From an uncultured Eggerthellaceae bacterium (GTDB lineage: Bacteria; Actinomycetota; Coriobacteriia; Coriobacteriales; Eggerthellaceae), in the NCBI GenBank assembly GCA_934630905.1, contig CAKTXN010000003.1:2838-66837 (forward strand): a stretch of 64,000 nucleotides of DNA, written 5' to 3'. Positions 8,923-17,385 of this stretch are shown one piece after another. Under the pieces are notes generated by a model, which worked only from the letters and a program-made list of their open reading frames with translations, did no database searches and had not been told where the DNA came from. Both the position numbers and the translations under genes were made by a program. Each line of letters begins with the position of its first letter. Positions within the stretch are counted from its first letter, which is position 1.

Positions 8923-8996
8923 TCTTTTTGACTTCTTGGCCGCAATCGGCATTCCATAAAGAAAGCGCCCGCTGATTGCATGGGAGCAGACAAGCG
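8923..8996. repeat. right copy of the ~75-bp direct repeat flanking the 8108 locus
   Basis: See 7576-7650. This copy keeps the intact terminator hairpin. Confidence 0.85.
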
Positions 8997-9005
8997 GGCG
9001 CTTTT
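8962..9005. terminator. bidirectional rho-independent terminator between the 8108 ORF (+) and cytX (-)
   Basis: Stem AAAGCGCCCGCT ... AGCGGGCGCTTTT, with an A-run before and a T-run after. Confidence 0.7.
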
Positions 9006-9027
9006 GTGCTTGGTGGCGGAAGTTCGG

Positions 9028-10230
9028 CTATTTGTTGGCAGCAGCTTTGCGCGCAATGAATCCAACTGCGCAGGTTGCAGCAAACACGATAATCATAACG
9101 GGGAATGTGCTTCCCAGTGGTGTATCGATAACCATGAACTGGCGATATAAAATGAAGCCGCAAACCCAAATAATCAGATTTGGCCAGTTGAAGCTTGTGG
9201 CCATATCATCGCGCTTCAACACGAAGTAGTTCGCAATGATGACAGCGATCATGGGGGCAAACACGCTGCCGATCAGGTACAAGAAGTCCGTGATGTCAGC
9301 AAGGGGCAGGGTGATGGCGCCAATGGTGCCCAGGGCCGTTACGATAAGCGCCACAATCTTCCCAGGGACTTTTTTGCCGAACGGCGTGCCGATGGACTCC
9401 GATGAAACGCCGGCGCTGTTTGCGTCCAAGAACGTTGTGGTTACCGTTGAGAAGATGATGATGATAAGGCCCGCAGCGCCCATGCCCGTTTTCAGCATGA
9501 TCTGCGCGATGTCGGACTCGCCTGTGAAGATTGCCATTGACATGCCAATGGCGTACATCCAGCAGCTGACCAGTCCGTATACAATCGAGCTTGCAGCGGT
9601 GGCGGCAACGGGCTTTGCTGCGGTGCGCGTGTAATCGCTTACCAGCGGCAGCCATGAAAGGGGCATGGCAACGGCAAGTTCAACAGCCGCGCCAAACGTC
9701 AGACCGTCGTTTTCCACGCCCAGCGGCACCGCGCCGCTAAACGCGCTCACGCACAGCACTAGCGTAAGAATGAACAGCGCAAGCACGGCAACAATGTTGA
9801 TTTTCTCCAGATTGCGAATGCCAATCAGAATCCATGCAGCAATCAACACGCCAATAACTAGGCACCATATCCATGCGCCGCAATCGAAAAGCGTGCTGGC
9901 GGAAAGCGCGCCGTCATAAATCATGATGCCGGTCCAGCCTACCAGCTGCAAAACGTTAAGCGTGGCGAACAGCACGGCGCCCTTTTGGCCAAAGCTCATG
10001 GCCGCTGTTTCCATGGAGCTACGCTGCGTCTTTGCGCCGATAAGCCCCGCAAGGAAAAGCAGCAGGCAGCCGATGATGTGGCCCACAACAATTGCAGCCA
10101 AGCCGATGGAAAAGCCCAGGCTGGCGAAGTAGGTGCCGGTCAGAATTTCGGCAAGCGAAACGCCCGCGCCGAACCATATCAGGCTGTTTTCGAGCACAGT
10201 TGTCCCGCGCGTTTCAGATGAAGTAGTCAT
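9028..10230 (-). CDS. cytX: cytosine/purine permease-family transporter, putative hydroxymethylpyrimidine transporter
   Basis: 400-aa protein with about 12 TM segments and AAGGGGA upstream of the ATG. It lies 40 bp downstream of thiD in the same operon. The substrate is inferred from that context. Confidence 0.7.
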   Translation of the reverse strand: MTTSSETRGTTVLENSLIWFGAGVSLAEILTGTYFASLGFSIGLAAIVVGHIIGCLLLFLAGLIGAKTQRSSMETAAMSFGQKGAVLFATLNVLQLVGWTGIMIYDGALSASTLFDCGAWIWCLVIGVLIAAWILIGIRNLEKINIVAVLALFILTLVLCVSAFSGAVPLGVENDGLTFGAAVELAVAMPLSWLPLVSDYTRTAAKPVAATAASSIVYGLVSCWMYAIGMSMAIFTGESDIAQIMLKTGMGAAGLIIIIFSTVTTTFLDANSAGVSSESIGTPFGKKVPGKIVALIVTALGTIGAITLPLADITDFLYLIGSVFAPMIAVIIANYFVLKRDDMATSFNWPNLIIWVCGFILYRQFMVIDTPLGSTFPVMIIVFAATCAVGFIARKAAANK

Positions 10231-10270
10231 AGGTTCCCCTTATTTATTTGTTGTTTTGCTCGTTCGCGGC

Positions 10271-11095
10271 TTACGCGAAATAGCTCGCAGAATTATTCGA
10301 TAACGTGAAAGCGTGGTTCATGGGACCGCTTCCTGCACCCAGGTCCAGCATGGCGCCCAGCGCGCCGCTGATGTATTCCTTTGCGCGGAAAACTGCCTGT
10401 TCAAGCGAGTATCCCTTAGCAAGATTGCTGGCAATTGCGCTGGAAAGCGTGCAGCCCGTTCCGTGAGTGTTTGGGTTGTCGATGCGTTTCCCCTCGAACC
10501 AGCGACCCGCGCCCGCGCCGTTGTTGGCGGCGGGGTCAAACAGGTAGTCGTTCGCGTCGTTTAGGTTGTGTCCGCCTTTGCAGAGCACGGCGCATCCGTA
10601 TTGTTGCGCAATGGCGCGCGCGGCGGCCTCCATGTCGGCCTCGCTTTTCACGGATGCGCCCGTGAGCTCTTCGGTCTCAGGGATGTTGGGGGTTATCACG
10701 CACGCCAGGGGAAGTAGTCGTGCTTTAAGCGTTTCAATGGCATCGTCGCAGATGAGCTTCGCGCCGCTTGTGGCCACCATCACGGGATCAACCACAATGT
10801 TGCGCGCCTGATAGTGCTCCAGGCTGTTGGCAATCGTCTCGATCAGCGCACTGGTACTCACCATGCCAATCTTCACGGCATCGGGGAAGATGTCGGTGAA
10901 AACAGCGTCGATTTGCTGCTGAAGAAATTCAGGGGTTACGTCCAAAATGCCTGTTACGCCGGTGGTGTTCTGCGCGGTCAGCGCGGTAATTGCGCTGGTT
11001 GCGAACACGCCATTCATGGTCATCGTTTTGATATCGGCCTGAATTCCGGCGCCTCCGCTGGAGTCTGATCCAGCGATTGTCAATGCGGTTTTCAT
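10271..11095 (-). CDS. thiD: hydroxymethylpyrimidine/phosphomethylpyrimidine kinase
   Basis: The start was trimmed to MKTALTIAGSDSSGGAGIQADIKT, which has GGAAGGAG upstream. GTGCTLSSAIA is present. Confidence 0.9.
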   Translation of the reverse strand: MKTALTIAGSDSSGGAGIQADIKTMTMNGVFATSAITALTAQNTTGVTGILDVTPEFLQQQIDAVFTDIFPDAVKIGMVSTSALIETIANSLEHYQARNIVVDPVMVATSGAKLICDDAIETLKARLLPLACVITPNIPETEELTGASVKSEADMEAAARAIAQQYGCAVLCKGGHNLNDANDYLFDPAANNGAGAGRWFEGKRIDNPNTHGTGCTLSSAIASNLAKGYSLEQAVFRAKEYISGALGAMLDLGAGSGPMNHAFTLSNNSASYFA

Positions 11096-11359
11096 GGTTC
11101 TCCTTCCGGTTTCGCATTGTTTCGTAACGCGTCGCGAAGCGGTGCCCTCGACTCGACGCGGAGTTGATATTCGGTTGCTGCTGGGGCCGTCGGGCAAAAG
11201 CGTGCGGCGAAGGCCCCAGCGGGGTCGGTGCTGTTGTCGTTGCTGGTCGCGTTGGCTGCGGCGGTTGCTGCTGGGCTGGGGCCGTTCGGTCTGCCGCTAC
11301 TGCCAGCGTGAGCGTGCCGACCGTTGGCAGCCGTCCGCCAATAGCGGGGCCGACGGCGA

Positions 11360-12145
11360 TTACGCCGTTGCGCCCACGAGCTGCGAAGTGGCTTCTGCCA
11401 GGTGCGCTGCTGCTGCGGCGATGTCCTTGTGGGCGAAAATGGCGCTGATGACCGCCACGCCCACAATGCCAGAACTCTCAAGCTCGGAAACGTTTTCGCA
11501 GGTAATGCCACCAATAGCAACAACGGGAATGTTCACGGCGTTGCAAATGGCGGTAAGTGTCTCGTGGCTTACTTCGGCGGCATCGTCCTTCGAGCTGGTA
11601 GGGAAGACCGCGCCCACACCCAGGTAATCGGCTCCATCGCGCTCGGCGCGCAACGCCTGTTCCACGGTTTGCGCTGAAACGCCCAAGATCTTGCCGGGGC
11701 CAATGAGTGCGCGTGCTTCTTGCGCGGACATGTCGTCTTGCCCAATGTGGATGCCGTCGGCGTTCATTGCAAGCGCAACGTCCACGGCATCGTTTACCAC
11801 GAACGGCACACCTGCCGTGCGGCAAATTTCCTGTAGCGCGGTTGCTTCGGCAATCATGTCTGTGTGCTCCAAGTGCTTTTCGCGCATCTGGACAAACGTG
11901 GTGCCGCCATCAAGCGCGGCGCGCACCTGATGGCACAGCGCCGCTTGCTTTTCGGCTTCGGTGGCATCTTCGGCAAGATCCAGCCAGTTGCGGTCCGTTA
12001 CCGCGTAAACACGCAGGTCATAAGCAAGTTTTTGCAGGTCAACAGCACTTGCTACGCTAGACGCGCTGTCTGAGCAGCGGCTTGCGCCCGCTTCGCATCC
12101 GCCTGCAACGTTCGCGCTGCCGCCCGAGCGGCAGTACGGTTCCAT
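11360..12145 (-). CDS. thiE: thiamine-phosphate synthase
   Basis: The start was trimmed to the ATG at 12145. Motifs seen: LRVYAVTD, FVQMREK, and GVGAVFPTSSK. Confidence 0.85.
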   Translation of the reverse strand: MEPYCRSGGSANVAGGCEAGASRCSDSASSVASAVDLQKLAYDLRVYAVTDRNWLDLAEDATEAEKQAALCHQVRAALDGGTTFVQMREKHLEHTDMIAEATALQEICRTAGVPFVVNDAVDVALAMNADGIHIGQDDMSAQEARALIGPGKILGVSAQTVEQALRAERDGADYLGVGAVFPTSSKDDAAEVSHETLTAICNAVNIPVVAIGGITCENVSELESSGIVGVAVISAIFAHKDIAAAAAHLAEATSQLVGATA

Positions 12146-12194
12146 GGCGCTTGCTCCTTCTGCAATGCTTGCCGCGCCTAAGCTGCTCGCTTCG

Positions 12195-13016
12195 CTAGAA
12201 CACTTCATAATTCGCTTTCGCCTCGAGCGTTTCGGCATCCATGGTGCAAATGGCATCGATGATGCGGTTGCGATACGTTGCATTTCCTTCGCCCGGCTGC
12301 AGTGCGTCCCAGGCAATCTCGCCGGCAACGCCCATGAGCGCAACGGCTGCGGCGGCTGCCTCGAGCTGCGCGTCGGGGTTGGCCACCAGGTACGCGGTCA
12401 GAATGCCAGCAATCTGGCAGCCCGTTCCCGTGATCTTTTCCATTTCGGGGCGTCCGTTGCGAATGGCAAAGCAGCGCGTGCCGTCGGTCACCAGGTCAAT
12501 AGGACCGGTAATGGCAAGAACGCAGCCCAGTTCAGCGGCGTAGCTCTTTGCGAAAGCCACCTGAGCGGCCAAGTTTTCCTCGGTCACAACGTCGGCAGCG
12601 TTGGCATCAACGCCTTGCGTGGTGGAGCTTCCCAGGGCAAGTGCTTTGATTTCGCTTGCGTTTCCCTTGATGGCGGTCAGCGGCAGCTCTTCCATGAGCG
12701 CGGTTGCGGTAGAAGTGCGCAGCGCGCTGGCACCCGCTCCCACGGGATCAAGAAGAATGACATGTCCCAGTTCAGCGGCGCGTTTTCCTGCCACATGCAT
12801 GGCTTCAATGCTGCGGCTGTTCAGCGTGCCAATGTTGATGTTCAGGCCGCCGCAAATGCTGGTGATGTCCGCCACATCTTCCGGCTCATCGGACATGATG
12901 GGGCTTCCGCCGCAGGCCAAAAGGACGTTGGCAACGTCGTTGACGGTTACGTAGTTGGTAATGTTGTGCACAAGTGGCACCGATGCGCGAACGCGCTGGA
13001 GACAAACTCCAAGCAT
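12195..13016 (-). CDS. thiM: hydroxyethylthiazole kinase
   Basis: The start was trimmed to MLGVCLQRV, which has GGAGGGAG upstream. Motifs seen: VHNITNYVTVNDVAN, and GTGC. The first 50 codons of the track ORF overlap the riboswitch. Confidence 0.9.
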   Translation of the reverse strand: MLGVCLQRVRASVPLVHNITNYVTVNDVANVLLACGGSPIMSDEPEDVADITSICGGLNINIGTLNSRSIEAMHVAGKRAAELGHVILLDPVGAGASALRTSTATALMEELPLTAIKGNASEIKALALGSSTTQGVDANAADVVTEENLAAQVAFAKSYAAELGCVLAITGPIDLVTDGTRCFAIRNGRPEMEKITGTGCQIAGILTAYLVANPDAQLEAAAAAVALMGVAGEIAWDALQPGEGNATYRNRIIDAICTMDAETLEAKANYEVF

Positions 13017-13019
13017 GAT

Positions 13020-13205
13020 TTCTCCCTCCGTTGGCATTATCCAAATCAGGTTTTCGCGGTCGAAGGTCAGCGCGGCTGCAGCGCACAGGCGGCGGTGGCG
13101 CGGCGCAGCATCGATGGCGACACAAGCGCGGCGGTGTTCCTCCGCATGGTGCGGAAGGCGGCGCATCCTTCCTCTCAGCCCGGTTTACGAGCTCCCATTT
13201 CGGCG
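13020..13205 (-). promoter_or_regulatory. TPP (THI-box) riboswitch controlling thiM-thiE-thiD-cytX
   Basis: The minus-strand RNA contains AACCUGAUUUGGAUAAUGCCAACGGAGGGAG (13022-13051). This is a near-exact match to the pyrophosphate-sensor helix of E. coli thiM and overlaps the SD. The GGGAGCUCG-UAAAC-CGGGCUGAGAGG element (CUGAGA at 13173-13178) lies ~120 nt upstream. I could not align the 5' half unambiguously by hand. Confidence 0.65.
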
Positions 13206-13580
13206 CTTATTGTTGCGCTTTGGGTCGAGTTTCGCAAGGGTGAGCGCGAAGAAAACCATTAACGGCGCAGAAAGATTGCGCGAAGAAGTAGGGGAGAGGG
13301 TGGGAAGAAGGAGAGGATGGGAAAAGGTCGGCGGCGGTGGCAATGGCGCCGACGGCGCTAAAGGCGCGGTGCGGTGTCACGGCGCCTAAGGAAATTCCGT
13401 TTGAGGACATAATGATTCCAGAGAACGGTCCGACTGTGCCTGCTTGGTCTCTCCTCGCTCGTTCGCGAATGGACTGCTTCGCGGCATTTTGCGGTGCTGA
13501 CCCGTTGTTTGCAACGTTCGAAAGGCGCATTCCGCCGCTTTCCCCTTGTTGGCTCCGCATGTTGTTGGATTTTGGTGCCT

Positions 13581-13772
13581 GAATTCGAAGTTGATGTAGG
13601 TTGGAAGTAGGTGGGGAGTGGAAAATGGGATGTTTTCTGATGCGGTGACAGACTACAGAAAATAGGTTTTATTAAAGTGCCAGTTCAGAATTATTCTCAA
13701 TTAATATCTATTGCAATATAGAACCAGTTCCAAGAACATGACCTGCTTCCAACCTACTACAACTTCGAATTC
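13581..13772. repeat. 192-bp element bounded by 27-bp terminal inverted repeats (MITE-like or invertible segment)
   Basis: GAATTCGAAGTTGATGTAGGTTGGAAG at 13581-13607 matches the reverse complement of 13746-13772 at 25 of 27 positions. The 138-bp interior is AT-rich. Confidence 0.8.
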
Positions 13773-14156
13773 GAAGGCGTTTTTTCAACAACGTGATGCG
13801 TAGCCGCGTTCCAATCCTTCGAAATCTTTCTATGAACGCGTTAAGAAGAAGGGTGAAAAAGCAATGACGTGGTGCGAATATGATATTGGCGAGGACCCTT
13901 GGAAAAGACATAGTGGGTTAAGGGCACCAAAGGGAAGCTGTCTCTTTTCTCCTCAAAAATGGAGTTGTTGTTGTTTTGCCGCGCAGGCTTCGTGGTGTTT
14001 TCTTTGCAGCTGCCCGCCTTCTCCTTTGATGCGTTAGACTGAGCGCGAAAAGTTGACCTCGGTTAGCGCGAGGCCTTGTTCCACGGGGTTTTGCGGCGTT
14101 GGCTTTGCGCCGGGAGTGCAGCCATGCAACGGGGAAGCGAAAGAAGAAAGGCGCAC

Positions 14157-14810
14157 ATGGACAACACGTGCAAAGCGGTTTTGTTCGATTTGGACGGGAC
14201 GCTTATTGACACCTACCAGCTGATATTGGAATCGTTTCGTCATGCAACGCGCAAGGTGCTGGGTCGTGTTATCCCTGATGAGCAGCTTATGGTGAAAGTG
14301 GGGCAGCCGCTGTCCACGCAAATATGGGACTGGACGGACAACCAGGAAGTCCACGACGAAATCTTGACGGTCTATCGCGAATTCAACCATGCCGTTCACG
14401 ATGACATGGTGTCCACGTTTTCGGGCGTTCCGCAGATTCTGAATGATTTGCGTGAGCAGGGGATTCGCATGGGCGTTGTCACCTCTAAACTTCACTGGCT
14501 GGCTCAGCGCGGGCTGGATCGTACGGGTCTTGCGGATTACATGGAAACGCTTGTTTCTCCGGATGATTACCCGCAGGCGCACAAGCCAGCCCCCGGTCCG
14601 GTTCTGTACGGCTGTGAGCTTTTGGGCGTTGACCCGCAGGAATGTTGGTACGTGGGCGATAGCCCCTTCGACATTGCGGCGGGTAATGCGGCTGGTTGTA
14701 AAACGGCGGCGGTGCTGTGGGGCATGTTTCCGGAAGAGACGCTGCGTGAGCAAAAACCGACTGCGTGCTGCGCAACACCGAATGACCTTATTCAGGAGCT
14801 TTGCGTATAA
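14157..14810 (+). CDS. HAD-superfamily hydrolase (PpaX/Gph-like)
   Basis: The start was trimmed to MDNTCKAVLFDLDGTLIDTY. Motifs seen: VVTSK, and YVGDSPFDIAAGNAAG. Confidence 0.75.
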   Translation: MDNTCKAVLFDLDGTLIDTYQLILESFRHATRKVLGRVIPDEQLMVKVGQPLSTQIWDWTDNQEVHDEILTVYREFNHAVHDDMVSTFSGVPQILNDLREQGIRMGVVTSKLHWLAQRGLDRTGLADYMETLVSPDDYPQAHKPAPGPVLYGCELLGVDPQECWYVGDSPFDIAAGNAAGCKTAAVLWGMFPEETLREQKPTACCATPNDLIQELCV

Positions 14811-14864
14811 GGTTTTGGTGTATGCGCTGTTCAGAAGGTTGTTTTGTTCGCGTGCGGCTGAAAC

Positions 14865-15063
14865 TGGGCAACCAGTGGGCAACTTTGGAATGCGGGATAC
14901 GTTGCAGATTGGGCAACCAGTGGGCAACGAAAAAAAATGGAAAAAGACAACGAACTGGGCAATGACTGGGCAGTAGCAAAATAGAGCGTAAACCGCACGT
15001 GGGCAACTGTTGGGCAATGAAAGCGCAAGGGAACAGCTCGCAAATGGGCAATAAATGGGCAAC
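14865..15063 (+). promoter_or_regulatory. array of five phased direct-repeat dyads TGGGCAAY-N3-TGGGCAAY
   Basis: Dyads start at 14865, 14910, 14956, 15000 and 15045. Half-sites are 11 bp apart and dyads are 44-46 bp apart. The array lies 60 bp upstream of the SanA-like gene. Confidence 0.85.
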
Positions 15064-15123
15064 GATGCGCGGGCAAAGAACGCCTGCCAAGCGAAAAAGC
15101 GGAAAAGGAGAGCGCGGAAAACT

Positions 15124-15807
15124 ATGGCGAAGAAACCGAAAATCAGAGGATGCCTTGGGCGCGCAGGGCGAATTCTGGGCGGGTGCCTTTTTGCCGTGGT
15201 TCTGGTGGTTGCCGGCACGAACGTGTGGGTTCTGCAAACGACGAAAAACAATATTCACACTACACAGGAAGTGGCGGATTTTCAGGCCGATGCCATTGTT
15301 GTTCTGGGTGCGTCTGTGCGCCCCGATGGTTCGTTGTCCCAAATTCTTGCCGATCGCGTGGATGGCGCCATTGTTCTGTACCAGGAAGGCGTTGCCCCGA
15401 AAATCATTATGAGCGGCGATAACGGTCAGGATTCCTACAACGAATGCGCGGCCATGAAGCGCTATGCTGTGGCGCACGGCGTTCCGAGCGAAGACATTTT
15501 CTGCGATCATGCGGGCTTCTCCACCTACGACACCATGCATCGCGCTCAGAACATTTTCGGGTGCAATCGTGTGGTTGTTTCCACGCAGACCTATCACTTG
15601 TATCGTGCTATTTACGCAGGTGAAGGCCTTGGAATGACGGTTGCTGGCGTGCCAACCGATATGCGCGATTACCAAAACCAGTTCTATTATGACTTGCGCG
15701 AAATCCCTGCTCGCACGAAAGATTTCTTCAAGACGCTCACAAAGGCTTCCTCGTCGTTGGGCGGCGAGTACATTAGCCTGAATCAATCGGGCGACGTGAC
15801 CGATTAG
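15124..15807 (+). CDS. SanA/YdcF (DUF218) family envelope protein
   Basis: The start was trimmed to MAKKPKIRG, which has AAAGGAGAG upstream. It has an N-terminal TM. Motifs seen: IVVLGASVRPDGSLS, KIIMSGDNG, FCDHAGFSTYDT. Confidence 0.75.
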   Translation: MAKKPKIRGCLGRAGRILGGCLFAVVLVVAGTNVWVLQTTKNNIHTTQEVADFQADAIVVLGASVRPDGSLSQILADRVDGAIVLYQEGVAPKIIMSGDNGQDSYNECAAMKRYAVAHGVPSEDIFCDHAGFSTYDTMHRAQNIFGCNRVVVSTQTYHLYRAIYAGEGLGMTVAGVPTDMRDYQNQFYYDLREIPARTKDFFKTLTKASSSLGGEYISLNQSGDVTD

Positions 15808-16191
15808 CCTTTTCAGCAATCGGTAACGCAATCAACAACAGCGCATCCGGGCGACAAAACGATTTATGGGCGGTAGGCGGCGTGCCTTCCCGCAATATGG
15901 CCGATTAAATAGGCGCAGCATCTAAAAAATGGTGCGCGTAACAGCATCGACACACTATTTGCGCCAAAATCAACACGAAACAACAAACGCCAAGCGGGTA
16001 AAATACCAAGCAGGCCAAAAGGCTCTGTCCTTGTGGCGGAAGTCCGATGGCATTACGTGGCAAGCAACCAAGCGCCAACGAACAAGCGGAAGAAGCGCAC
16101 GCGTGGCCGGGTGGCGCCACGCAGCGCGCGTGGCAAGATTCCGCGAAAAGCGAAGCGGCGAAAAGACCAAGGGAAGAAGGATTCGATCGAT

Positions 16192-17382
16192 ATGCCTCAA
16201 GATTTGAACGAGAGAATGTACGGGCTGGGTGCCGAGCCGAGCGCAATCCGCGAGCTGTTCGCCTACGGCCTTGAGCGAAAAGCGCAGATAGGCGCCGATA
16301 AAGTGTTCGATTTCAGCATTGGCAACCCGAGCGTTCCCGCTCCCAATGCCGTGAAGCAGGCAATCGTCGAGCTTGCGGAGATGAACCCCGTTGAACTGCA
16401 CGGATACACTCCTGCGCAGGGACTTTACACTACGCGCAAAGCCGTTGCGGATAACATCCGCCGCCGCTTTGGCGTTCCCGCTACGCCGGAAAACGTGTAC
16501 ATGACAGCGGGTGCGGCGGCTTCTCTTGGCATTGCGTTCCAGGCGGTTGCTGTTCCGGGTGAAGAGATTATCACCATTGCGCCTTTTTTCCCTGAGTACC
16601 GCACGTTTGTGGAAAGCGCACAGTGCACGCTGGTGCCCGTTGCCGCGCGCACAAGTGACTTCCAAATTGACATTTCCGCAGTTGAAGCTGCTATCAACGA
16701 AAAAACGCGCGCCGTTTTGATTAACACGCCCAATAATCCCACGGGCGCTGTGTATTCCCGCGAAAACTTGGAAGAGCTGGCCGCCTTGCTCACGCGCAAA
16801 GAGGAAGAGCTTGGCCGTAAGCTGTATCTTATCAGCGACGAGCCGTACCGCGAGATTTCCTATGGCAAGGAAATTCCGTACGTGCCCACGTTGTATCCGC
16901 GAACGATTGTGTGTTACTCCTGGTCAAAAAGCCTTTCTTTGCCGGGTGAGCGCATTGGCTACGTGTATGTTTCCGATTATGCCGATAACGCGCGCGAGGT
17001 TTCCACCGCCATTGCGGGCGCGGGCCGCGCTTTGAGCTACGTGTGTGCGCCGGCGTTGTTCCAACGGGTGATTGAGCGTTGCATTGACGAGCCGTCCGAT
17101 GTTGAGTCGTATCGCGAGAACCGCGAAATTCTGTCCGAAGGCCTGAAAAAGCTTGGGTATGAGTACATCGAGCCTGATGGAGCGTTCTATTTGTGGGTTA
17201 AGGCGCTCGAGCCCGATGCCGAGGCGTTCTGCGAAGCGGCGAAGAAGTTCGAGCTTTTGCTGGTGCCATCGAACAGCTTTGGCTGCGAAGGATGGATGCG
17301 CTTGAGCTATTGCATCTCGAAAGAGACCATTGTCAATTCGCTGCCGGCGTTTGCCGCGTTGAAAGAAAGCTACCAGGGGTAA
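16192..17382 (+). CDS. PLP-dependent aminotransferase, class I/II (AspC/AlaT-like)
   Basis: The start was trimmed to MPQDLNERMYGL. Motifs seen: NTPNNPTGAVY, and YSWSKSLSLPGERIGY, which carries the PLP lysine. Confidence 0.85.
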   Translation: MPQDLNERMYGLGAEPSAIRELFAYGLERKAQIGADKVFDFSIGNPSVPAPNAVKQAIVELAEMNPVELHGYTPAQGLYTTRKAVADNIRRRFGVPATPENVYMTAGAAASLGIAFQAVAVPGEEIITIAPFFPEYRTFVESAQCTLVPVAARTSDFQIDISAVEAAINEKTRAVLINTPNNPTGAVYSRENLEELAALLTRKEEELGRKLYLISDEPYREISYGKEIPYVPTLYPRTIVCYSWSKSLSLPGERIGYVYVSDYADNAREVSTAIAGAGRALSYVCAPALFQRVIERCIDEPSDVESYRENREILSEGLKKLGYEYIEPDGAFYLWVKALEPDAEAFCEAAKKFELLLVPSNSFGCEGWMRLSYCISKETIVNSLPAFAALKESYQG

Positions 17383-17385
17383 GTC

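Noticed and set aside
13863-14030. Cys-rich ~55-codon ORF with an SD-like GAAGGGTG in the gap after the TIR element.
   Set aside because: The composition is not protein-like, there is no motif, and it lies in a region with other signs of being non-coding.
14865-15063. CRISPR-like appearance: a 19-bp repeat with ~26-bp unique spacers, five times.
   Set aside because: The repeats are too short and degenerate. Each is itself a direct dyad of an 8-mer. There are no cas genes and no leader. A transcription-factor site array is more plausible.
14034-15831. Two long minus-strand ORFs (14034-15251 and 14788-15831) spanning the HAD gene, the TGGGCAAY array and the SanA-like gene.
   Set aside because: They overlap two well-supported plus-strand genes and an obviously non-coding repeat array. 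Their sequences are low-complexity.
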